Notes under the pieces: model-generated | The model's input: only the letters and a program-made list of their open reading frames with translations | Told to the model about the DNA's origin: nothing | Databases searched by the model: none | Position numbers and translations under genes: made by a program | From: Gemmatimonadota bacterium | GTDB taxonomy: Bacteria > Gemmatimonadota > Gemmatimonadetes > Longimicrobiales > Gaopeijiaceae | Direction: 5' to 3' | Assembly (NCBI GenBank): GCA_039589315.1 | Contig: JBDHHQ010000136.1 | Span: forward strand, 1 to 10,212 | DNA length: 10,212 nt | Part shown: positions 1-6,917 of the stretch, piece after piece | Numbering within the stretch: position 1 is the stretch's first letter | Layout of the letters: the number at the start of each line of letters is the position of its first letter

Positions 1-2
1 CG

Positions 3-134
3 GAGCCCGAGATCGTGCGGCGGCTGCCGAACGATCCCGCCAAGCTCCGGAGGTTCTTCCAGCGCTGGAGCCGGCAGGGCCAGATCCGGTCCTGCTATGA
101 GGCCAGCGGCGCCGATCCCATCGACGACTCATAG
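3..134 (+). pseudogene. Truncated IS110-family transposase, N-terminal fragment (start outside window)
   Basis: Frame from base 3 reads EPEIVRRLPNDPAKLRRFFQRWSRQGQIRSCYEASGADPIDDS*. The PND and CYEASG pattern resembles the IS110 DEDD N-terminal domain. Similarity ends after YEASGA and a TAG follows at 132-134. Confidence 0.7.
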
Positions 135-171
135 CAGAAGCCACGGCATCCGGGCTGCGGGTCTGCTGAAC

Positions 172-585
172 CTACAGATGGCCCTCGCTGTGACCCCGAA
201 GGCCTACCCGGATCGTTACGCGTCCAGACCCGTGATCGACCTCCAACGAGCCTGGTTTTGGCTCTCGGACGGGACCCAGCGTCGCGAGCGCTTCGCGATA
301 CACGTCTAGACTTTGCTCTGCCGGCTCCCCTGTTCTCCAGAGCCCGCCTCGTCGCAACACTCCCGACAGTGCTTGCTGGAACTCCGCGTCCGACGGAAGC
401 GGCAGTGACAACTCGGGCCACCCTTCCTCCGATTGAGCTAGGTACAACGTCGGCCAACCGTCGTCCGTCTTGACCGCTATCGGCTCGACACCTGGGTCGA
501 TCAAGCGGAGGAAACGACCGAAACTCTGCACCGCCACATATACCTCATCACCCACCGTCAGCAGCGATCTGGTGAGAAATCCCAT
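172..585 (-). CDS. Hypothetical cassette protein (137 aa)
   Basis: ATG 46 nt downstream of the GTTAGAC core of site 632-791, GGGGG RBS-like motif, plausible protein composition; no family recognised. Confidence 0.65.
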   Translation of the reverse strand: MGFLTRSLLTVGDEVYVAVQSFGRFLRLIDPGVEPIAVKTDDGWPTLYLAQSEEGWPELSLPLPSDAEFQQALSGVLRRGGLWRTGEPAEQSLDVYREALATLGPVREPKPGSLEVDHGSGRVTIRVGLRGHSEGHL

Positions 586-631
586 GTGAGACCCCCTAAG
601 GTTCCTAATTCCAGCCCGCAGTCCGCCGTTC

Positions 632-791
632 GTCTAACGCGCTCCAGGCTTGCGACGTCGCGCCGCGGGCGAGGCGCACCTACGAAACCCCGACAGGCCA
701 CCATTCGCACCACGCCTCGACCGCACGCTTGGCGCGATGTGCCGAAGGCCCGAGGAGCCGAAGGCGACGAGGCGCAAGTCATTCGTTATCT
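632..791 (-). repeat. attC-like site 1 (long family, 160 bp)
   Basis: Plus strand GTCTAAC...GCTTGCG-A-CGTCGC...GCGACG-AGG-CGCAAGTC...GTTATCT; closely similar to the sites at 5096, 9103 and 10003. Confidence 0.88.
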
Positions 792-832
792 GACTTGCGC
801 TTCCAGCACGTCCACGGCTTCCCTGGCGCCTA

Positions 833-1162
833 TCATGAGTAGTCCGAGGGATCTACCTCCTCGTACGCCAACAGCACATTCTGTAATCGCTCGAACAAGC
901 GATCCAATCGCCGGCGCAACCGCTGGTCCTCCGTGTGATTCGCCTCAAACGCTACGTATCCCATCAGCTCATCCACGTCGTCCAAGGAGAGATTCACACA
1001 CAGCTTTCCGGAAGAGACGGTCGCACGCTCGAGCGGCTCTGTGAACTCGGGATCAGCAAAGGTGTGCTCGACGATCAACCCCCGTTCCTCCAGCGTGAAC
1101 GATACAGGGACTGGTTCGCCGAACCTGATCCGCTTGACCCTTCGCGACCGTTCATGGATCAT
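833..1162 (-). CDS. Hypothetical protein (109 aa), second gene of a two-gene cassette
   Basis: ATGA overlap with the upstream gene at 1159-1162; helical C-terminus with LDDVDELMGYVAFEANH; stop 41 nt before the next site. Confidence 0.8.
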   Translation of the reverse strand: MIHERSRRVKRIRFGEPVPVSFTLEERGLIVEHTFADPEFTEPLERATVSSGKLCVNLSLDDVDELMGYVAFEANHTEDQRLRRRLDRLFERLQNVLLAYEEVDPSDYS

Positions 1163-1497
1163 CGCTCAGCCTCGAAACTCGACTCGTCGCCTAGGTGAAA
1201 GAAGATCCTTCCCTTCAGCGTCCAGCCTTCAAGTCTCACAAGGCCCCTGCCTCCACACGGCTCTCCATCATCGAGGCCTGCCCACGTGAACCGAGCCAAC
1301 GATCCCTCCGCACCGCCCTCGACTCGGTAGTCCAACTCTCCCTGCACTGCCAGGAACTGAAACCCACCCAGTCCCTCCGGCTCGAACGCAATGAACGGTG
1401 GGCCTAACAGATCCAGTTCCTCGGAGCCCCAGAACTCCATATCGGTGATTCTCCAGACACCCAAGAACGGGTTCTCAGGACCGGACAAGTCATCCAA
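1159..1497 (-). CDS. Conserved-looking hypothetical protein (112 aa), probably beta-rich
   Basis: TTG start 46 nt from the core; Gly/aromatic pattern GVWRITDM...FTWAGLDDGEP..GRG...GRIFFHLGDESSFEAER that I recall from a widespread hypothetical family (unverified). Confidence 0.8.
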   Translation of the reverse strand: MDDLSGPENPFLGVWRITDMEFWGSEELDLLGPPFIAFEPEGLGGFQFLAVQGELDYRVEGGAEGSLARFTWAGLDDGEPCGGRGLVRLEGWTLKGRIFFHLGDESSFEAER

Positions 1498-1543
1498 TGG
1501 TCGTCATCGTGCAACCGATCCCCCCAACGGTCGTGTGCATGTC

Positions 1544-1631
1544 AAATAACCAATTGGCCACTGGCGACGCCCGCCGCAGGGGGTGTTCGCGGAGGGCCGA
1601 AGGCTCGCAGCCGCCAGTGGACCCGTTAGCT
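1544..1631 (-). repeat. attC-like site 2 (short, 88 bp)
   Basis: Plus strand AAATAAC...CCACTGGCG(1558-1566)...CGCCAGTGG(1612-1620)...GTTAGCT; both ends match the partner ends of the neighbouring cassettes. Confidence 0.8.
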
Positions 1632-1801
1632 GACGTCGTCGCCCGCAAAGCAGGCCGGGATAGACCCTAACGGCTACGCAGTTCCGCTGCGCACCAGCCT
1701 CCACCCGCAGCGCGAGCTGCTACACGGGCGCTCCGGGTCCTCCACCCGACCGCTAGCTAGGTTGTGCGGGGCTCGAAGGGTCTGGTCGGAGAAGACCCTT
1801 C

Positions 1802-4800
1802 TCAGCGCTGCCGGATGGCCCTCGCCTCCGCCGCAAGCTCCTCCGGGTCGAACAGTCGACCGCCCTTGATCACGCGCCAGATGCTTTGTGTGTTCCGTAT
1901 GTCCTCCAGCGGGTCAGCGTCGAGCAAGACGATGTCAGCCAGCTTGCCGACCGTCAGACTGCCCAGGTCACCGTCCACGCCCAGCGCCTCCGCCGCGCCC
2001 AGGGTCGCGATCTTCAGCACTTCGGCGTTCTCAATGCCCGCCTCGACGAAGTGCTCCAGCTCCCAGTGCAGCGTGGCGCCACCGAGCCCCTGTTGGCCGA
2101 AGCCGAATGGACGCCCATCGGTCCCGGCGAGAAGTCTCACCCCTCCCTCGTAGGCTTCGCGAACCGAAGCAAGTTGACCGAGCCACCATCCCCGCAACGC
2201 GTTCGTGGGTCGAAACGACAATGCGTTCGTCCCGGCGTCCACCGCAGACGGCGACGCGAACGCCTTCAGCAACTCGGCATCGAGACGTTCGGGCGCCTCT
2301 CTGAGCAGCAGCGCCCAACCACCCGCCACACCGAGATTGGGATCCCAGCGCACGTCAGCCGCTGACATCAACCCGAGGATGTCCTCGTAGACTCGCTCGC
2401 CCGAGGACGTATGCTCGAGAGATGCGTAGCCCACGGTGACGTGCTTCACGATTTCCTCGGCGCTCATGCCGTGACCTGCCACGGGGATCCGGACGCGCCT
2501 CGCCTCTTCTGCAACAGCGCGAGCGAGCCACCACGGCCTCGTGTCGAGCGCGTAGTCGAGCTGGTAGGTCTTGATCCAGTGCGCTCCGCGACTCTTCCAC
2601 TCCGCGACGTACTTCTTCGCCTCATCCGCGTCGTGGAGCTGGACTTCCTCGTCTTCCGGGCTCGGTCGGGCGCCCATGAAGAGCCCTCCGGCGTAGAAGT
2701 AGCGAGGCTCGGGAGCCGCCGTCAGGTCGCCGCGATCGGCCAGCAACTCCAACCAACGGATGGCGTTCCCGACCTCCCGGACGGAGGTGATCCCGTAGGC
2801 AAGAAGGCCCTCCCCGGTGGTGCGGGTGGAGACGTGAACGTGCATGTCGAAGAGACCGGGGATCGCGAACCGTCCCCCACCGTCGATGATGCTCGCGCCT
2901 TCGGGCGCCAACGTTCTCTGCGGGCCCAGGCGAGCGATCTTGCCGCCCCGAACGAGTAGGTCCACGGGCGCTCCGAACGCCCCCGCATTCAGGTCCAGGA
3001 GTCGCACGTTCCGAAGCACTGTGGCATTCGGTGTACCCGTGCCGGGTTGGACGTCCAGCCGGATTTCGGTCGGCTCGCCCTCCGGCAAACTCCGCCGCCA
3101 CACGCGATCGCCGATGGAGTAGACAACTGCATGACCATCGGGTGTAAGCGAGAACCTGTCGCCTCCTGTGCGGGTGAGCCGACGCACATCCTCCTCTGTG
3201 ATGGGGGCGTCCTTCATTCGGGCGGTCCAGATCTCGGTGCCACGCCGAAAGACGAGCCACTCGCCGTCCGCAGATACTTGACCGTCGCTCAAGTGGCGGT
3301 CGAGATCCGTCAGGGCCTCGGTACTCGCCGAGTCGTTCACGCGGACCCGCCACAGCGAGCCCGTACCGCTGCTGGCAGCCGTGTAGTAGACCCATTCGCC
3401 GTCTGCGGAGTAATGGGGCCGAGCCCTCCACAGGTTGCGCTCTGCTGTGCTCGCGAGCCGGTGGATGTCCCTGGTGGCCAGTTCTAACCGGTCGACGCCT
3501 CTACCCGCCGGGTTCCAGAAGACCAGATGGCTGCCATCCGGACTCCACGCGGGCTGTCCGATCCGTTGGTCTCCAGTCAGTACCGTCTCGCTCCGGCCGG
3601 TCGAAAGATCCAGCACGCGCAGCTCATGCCGCCCGGACCGGGTGGCTGCGTACGCGACGTGCTGGCCGTCCGGGCCCACGGCGGGGCTGTGAGCAATCCA
3701 CTTCCAATCAGTCAGGCGCCGAGCTGCGCCCCCCCGATCTTCCTGCAGCCACAACTCGCCGGCACGTACGAAAACGATAGCGCCATCGGGTGAGATGACG
3801 GGCGTGCCGGTCGCCCTGGGTCCGACTGACTCGGCCGGCCCAGCTACCCGCCGTGGGGGAGGCACCACCGACGGATGGACCATCAGGCGCACCCGGGCCC
3901 GGAAGGGAATCGGCTTTCGTACGGCATCGGTCAGGCGCCAAAGACGCCCCCCGGTGCCCACAAAGAAACTCCGGCCGTCGGGGCTCACGGCCGTGTGGGA
4001 CGGTGGTGGCATGCCCCCCGGATACGTCCCATCAACGACAAACGTGACGAGGCGCTCGGTGCTTCCGTCGAGCGGCGAGGAGATCCAGGCCAGTTCCGAC
4101 AGGCCCTCGAAGCTCTGTCTGATCAAACGACGATGGTAGAACAGACGCTGGCCGTTGGCGGGAGCGTACACATCGGCCGCCTCGCCGTCGAGCGTCGCAA
4201 CCGTGTCGGCCACGCCGTCGTCGCCGAGCGTGACGATGGGGGTCACCCATCGCGGCGCCCGCCACATCCCGTCAGGCGCCCAGGCGGGGCGGCCGTCGGG
4301 CATGTAGAACCACGCGCGCACCAAGGCAGTATCGGGAACGACGGTTCTCGCCTTCCCCTCGGGCACCGTGATCTCCTTGAGCACGGAGGGCACGTATTGA
4401 CCCATTCGGCCGCGGTACGCCTGAATCACGAACGAGCGGTACGCCAGGCGCCTTCCATCCGGGCTCCAGACCGGCTCGCCCGCCCACGGCTCCCTGGTCA
4501 GCTGCCATATCGAGTCCGTGGCGACATCCAGGATGAACACGTTGCCCTCGCCACCATCCCGGTCCGACACGAACGCGATCGACCTCCCATCCGGGGAGTA
4601 TGCCGGCTCGGTATCCAGATAGGGTCCGAAGGTGAGCTGTACGGCCTCCCCTCCTTCCGCGGGCACCCGAAACAGGTGCCCCAACATCGTGAAGACGAGC
4701 GTCTCACCATCCTGGGAGACCGTAACGTGTGGGGCGGTCACTTCGGTGGTCTCGAACTCGATCGTGCGGAGGGTATCAGGGGCTTGCAGCGCAATCCCGT

Positions 4801-4864
4801 CGCCGACGTCGTACCCAAACGTCACGATGGCGGCCAAGGCCGCCCGCTTCAGCAGCCGTTGCAT
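1802..4864 (-). CDS. Probably secreted amidohydrolase-family protein with N-terminal TolB-like (PD40/WD40-like) beta-propeller repeats (1020 aa)
   Basis: GGGAG RBS; signal-peptide-like N-terminus; repeated (W/Y)SPDG motifs; C-terminal metal-dependent hydrolase motifs PGLFDMHVH, GH, SLEH, AGTD and G.LADIVLLDADPL.DI.NT. Confidence 0.93.
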   Translation of the reverse strand: MQRLLKRAALAAIVTFGYDVGDGIALQAPDTLRTIEFETTEVTAPHVTVSQDGETLVFTMLGHLFRVPAEGGEAVQLTFGPYLDTEPAYSPDGRSIAFVSDRDGGEGNVFILDVATDSIWQLTREPWAGEPVWSPDGRRLAYRSFVIQAYRGRMGQYVPSVLKEITVPEGKARTVVPDTALVRAWFYMPDGRPAWAPDGMWRAPRWVTPIVTLGDDGVADTVATLDGEAADVYAPANGQRLFYHRRLIRQSFEGLSELAWISSPLDGSTERLVTFVVDGTYPGGMPPPSHTAVSPDGRSFFVGTGGRLWRLTDAVRKPIPFRARVRLMVHPSVVPPPRRVAGPAESVGPRATGTPVISPDGAIVFVRAGELWLQEDRGGAARRLTDWKWIAHSPAVGPDGQHVAYAATRSGRHELRVLDLSTGRSETVLTGDQRIGQPAWSPDGSHLVFWNPAGRGVDRLELATRDIHRLASTAERNLWRARPHYSADGEWVYYTAASSGTGSLWRVRVNDSASTEALTDLDRHLSDGQVSADGEWLVFRRGTEIWTARMKDAPITEEDVRRLTRTGGDRFSLTPDGHAVVYSIGDRVWRRSLPEGEPTEIRLDVQPGTGTPNATVLRNVRLLDLNAGAFGAPVDLLVRGGKIARLGPQRTLAPEGASIIDGGGRFAIPGLFDMHVHVSTRTTGEGLLAYGITSVREVGNAIRWLELLADRGDLTAAPEPRYFYAGGLFMGARPSPEDEEVQLHDADEAKKYVAEWKSRGAHWIKTYQLDYALDTRPWWLARAVAEEARRVRIPVAGHGMSAEEIVKHVTVGYASLEHTSSGERVYEDILGLMSAADVRWDPNLGVAGGWALLLREAPERLDAELLKAFASPSAVDAGTNALSFRPTNALRGWWLGQLASVREAYEGGVRLLAGTDGRPFGFGQQGLGGATLHWELEHFVEAGIENAEVLKIATLGAAEALGVDGDLGSLTVGKLADIVLLDADPLEDIRNTQSIWRVIKGGRLFDPEELAAEARAIRQR

Positions 4865-5095
4865 GATGGTCTCCCTCGCGGATCCAGGGGGACGCCGCTG
4901 TGCCCGACCGAGTTGGAGGGTGCCTCCTTAGCGCCTCTACTCAACGTTGCTGCGATACCCGGCGCCTGGTCGAACGGATCGGTAGCAGTCGTCGATAGAG
5001 CCTCAAAGCACCTGCCCCAGCAAAGACTACGTAACAACGGTGCTTCACAGCAGCCTCCTGTATCGGGCAAGCTACGGTGATGTTGAGACCATGTC

Positions 5096-5262
5096 AGCTA
5101 ACGCCAAACCGGCTAGAGCGACGTCGCGCCGCAGGCGAGGCGCGCCTATGGAACCCCGCGAGGCCACCCCTGGAACCCACGCCTCGACTGCACGCTTGGC
5201 GCGATGTGCCGTAGGCCCGAGGAGCCCCACAGGGCGACGAAGCGCTAGACGAACCGTTAGGC
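5096..5262 (-). repeat. attC-like site 3 (long family, 167 bp)
   Basis: Plus strand AGCTAAC GCCAAACC...GCG-A-CGTCGC...GCGACG-AAG-CGCTAGACGAACC GTTAGGC. Confidence 0.88.
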
Positions 5263-5315
5263 GAGACTGGCTGGTGGCACTACACAGCCGAAGCCACGCG
5301 GATTCCATCCGCCCC

Positions 5316-5540
5316 CTATCGGTGCTTCAAGAACTCCTCGGACGTCAACCCGATGTCCTTGATGATCTGTCGCAGCAGGATCGGTGAGATGTCTCGACCC
5401 GGGTGGAATGGCACGGTCGTACCGCGTCCGTCCGGGTGGCGAAACTGCTTGTGGGAACCTCTCTGGCGAACCTCCACGAACCCCAGACGCTCAAGAATGG
5501 CTGCCACCTCACGAGGCTTGAGGACCGGGAGACGCGCCAT
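5316..5540 (-). CDS. hicA: Type II toxin, HicA family mRNA interferase (74 aa)
   Basis: [31 protein letters not shown] contains the HicA GSH motif and TVPxH; starts 3 nt after the hicB stop. Confidence 0.95.
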   Translation of the reverse strand: MARLPVLKPREVAAILERLGFVEVRQRGSHKQFRHPDGRGTTVPFHPGRDISPILLRQIIKDIGLTSEEFLKHR

Positions 5541-5543
5541 CGA

Positions 5544-5753
5544 CTAGGCGACGTCCACCACCTGGATCCCAACGAACTCTCCCTCGAGCTCTGGATCGCC
5601 ATCCTCGAGCAGCATCGCTACCACCTCACGGAGGTTCTCTTGCAGCTCATCGAGGGTTTCACCTTGTGAGTGAGCGCCCGGGAAACCGGGGACGTAGCCC
5701 ACGTACAGCCCGGTGTCACGATCCCGCTCGACCACTGCACTGTAGGACTTCAT
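5544..5753 (-). CDS. hicB: Type II antitoxin, HicB family, short form (69 aa)
   Basis: MKSYSAVVERDRDTGLYVGYVPGFPGAHSQGETLDELQENLREVV is a typical HicB N-domain; GAGGTG RBS before ATG at 5753. The longer ORF call to 5918 runs into the attC site. Confidence 0.93.
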   Translation of the reverse strand: MKSYSAVVERDRDTGLYVGYVPGFPGAHSQGETLDELQENLREVVAMLLEDGDPELEGEFVGIQVVDVA

Positions 5754-5793
5754 GTTCACCTCGCCGGGACGCCTGGATGGCCGCTGTCCAACA

Positions 5794-5823
5794 ACGATAA
5801 CCTGACCACGGTGTCCATCGGAA
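5794..5823 (-). promoter_or_regulatory. Possible sigma70-type promoter for hicBA
   Basis: Minus strand TTCCGA-N18-TATCGT in the 111-nt leader. TA cassettes usually carry their own promoter, but the match is weak. Confidence 0.25.
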
Positions 5824-5864
5824 GCAGCAGATGGGTCGCCGCACAGCACCGACTCGCCAGTTTC

Positions 5865-6037
5865 GCTTAACGCCTGACAAACTGCCGACGTCGCGGTAGG
5901 CCGAGCCCAAGGCGCCACCTACTGATCGCAGCCGTTAGGCCCTGCACGAAACCACGCCGCCCGGGCTCGGCCGTTAAGCCGCGATGTGCCACAGGCCCGA
6001 GGAGCGAAAGCGACGAGGCGGCAGTTGTGCGTTATCC
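5865..6037 (-). repeat. attC-like site 4 (173 bp, mosaic relative of the long family)
   Basis: Plus strand GCTTAAC...AACTGCCG-A-CGTCGC...GCGACG-AGG-CGGCAGTT...GTTATCC; internal 10-bp perfect stem 5899-5908/5963-5972. Confidence 0.85.
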
Positions 6038-6048
6038 GAAGCTCCAAT

Positions 6049-6558
6049 CTATCCCGGTGGCCACACCACTTCACCAAGCCGCTCGTCCGGCTCCAGGAGA
6101 ACCACTGCCTTCTCGGCCAGGAACCTCGCCGTGGTCGACCTGGGCCTACGGAGGTAGCGCCGAATCGCGACTGCGGGGTCTGTATCTGGAGCGCATTTGA
6201 TCGCCCTTCCCTGGAGGTCAACCCGGCGACCGATGAAGCTGGGCTTCGTGACCTCCGAACGCCCGAACTTCGGATCCCCAAAGTCGACTTGCCGCATCCG
6301 CTTTGCGTACCAAACGCGCGCTGGGTGGTGGGCGTAGAATGTGTACAGATCGAAGTCGTTGATTCCTGTCACGCCGTCGATGTAGTGCGATGCACCACCC
6401 TGACAGAGTGCGCTACCCAAGACGCGACTCTCGTACAACTCGGCCCAATCCGGGTGTTTGCGGAAGAACTCTTCCCGGTCCGACCGAACGAGATCGCGAA
6501 GACGTTCAAGATCTTCACGCTCGATCGGGAGCAGTGATCGCTTTGCCGGGTCCTTCAT
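6049..6558 (-). CDS. Hypothetical protein with nucleotidyltransferase-like (Pol-beta fold) motif (169 aa)
   Basis: Start MKDPAKRS 26 nt after the core and stop 11 nt before the next site. LCQGG-x12-DFDL plus a later RVDL fits hG[GS]x9-13Dh[DE]h with a third acidic residue. Confidence 0.75.
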   Translation of the reverse strand: MKDPAKRSLLPIEREDLERLRDLVRSDREEFFRKHPDWAELYESRVLGSALCQGGASHYIDGVTGINDFDLYTFYAHHPARVWYAKRMRQVDFGDPKFGRSEVTKPSFIGRRVDLQGRAIKCAPDTDPAVAIRRYLRRPRSTTARFLAEKAVVLLEPDERLGEVVWPPG

Positions 6559-6584
6559 GCAGTTCTCACGCTCCCGGGACTCTC

Positions 6585-6682
6585 GTCTAACGGTACCGGG
6601 GTTGGCGACCCTCGCGCAAAGCGAGGGTGCTATAGGCCCGGAGCGAGCCCAAGCGAGCGGAGGCGCCAACCTGGCGTTATCG
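6585..6682 (-). repeat. attC-like site 5 (short, 98 bp)
   Basis: Plus strand GTCTAAC...GGTTGGCG-A-CC...GG-AGG-CGCCAACC...GTTATCG, with internal hairpin ACCCTCGC-GCAAA-GCGAGGGT. Confidence 0.82.
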
Positions 6683-6917
6683 GATCGTGCACCCGGTCGA
6701 GTCACCGAGACGGGTACGCTTGTCAGGCAACTTCCGGTCGCAGGGGTAGCCTCCAGTACGGCGCCCCCCGTTTACCCGCCATGCCTTCGGGCGACTGCTT
6801 ACGGTTGCCGAGCGAACGCAACCGAGAAACCGGCGACCGCGTGGCCATATCCCGTCTCCTGCCCATGCCGTACGTTCGGTATTGCATGGCGCCCCTACGG
6901 TTACCCGGCCGAGCGCA

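Noticed and set aside
133..167. Hairpin AGCAGA/TCTGCT as a terminator or attC remnant
   Set aside because: Short stem, no U-tract and no AAC/GTT boxes.
586..1044. Similar-looking ORFs crossing the repeats (586-1044, 5040-5387, 9098-9580, 9903-10166)
   Set aside because: The shared peptide text comes from translating the attC repeat; they are Arg/Pro/Ala-rich and cross cassette boundaries.
3875..5080. 401-aa plus-strand ORF and other long antisense ORFs (2411-2959, 6882-7604, 7656-8210)
   Set aside because: Shadow frames of well-supported GC-rich minus-strand genes, with no recognisable motifs.
5754..5918. N-terminal extension of hicB in the ORF track, and likewise 6559-6705 and 8652-8750
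   Set aside because: The first two run through attC sites and the third is low-complexity leader sequence; internal ATGs fit the family start or cassette boundary better.
5922..5952. Hammerhead-ribozyme-like CTGATCG...stem...CGAAAC
   Set aside because: The core needs CUGANGA; here it is CUGAUCG, and the flanking stems are not evident.
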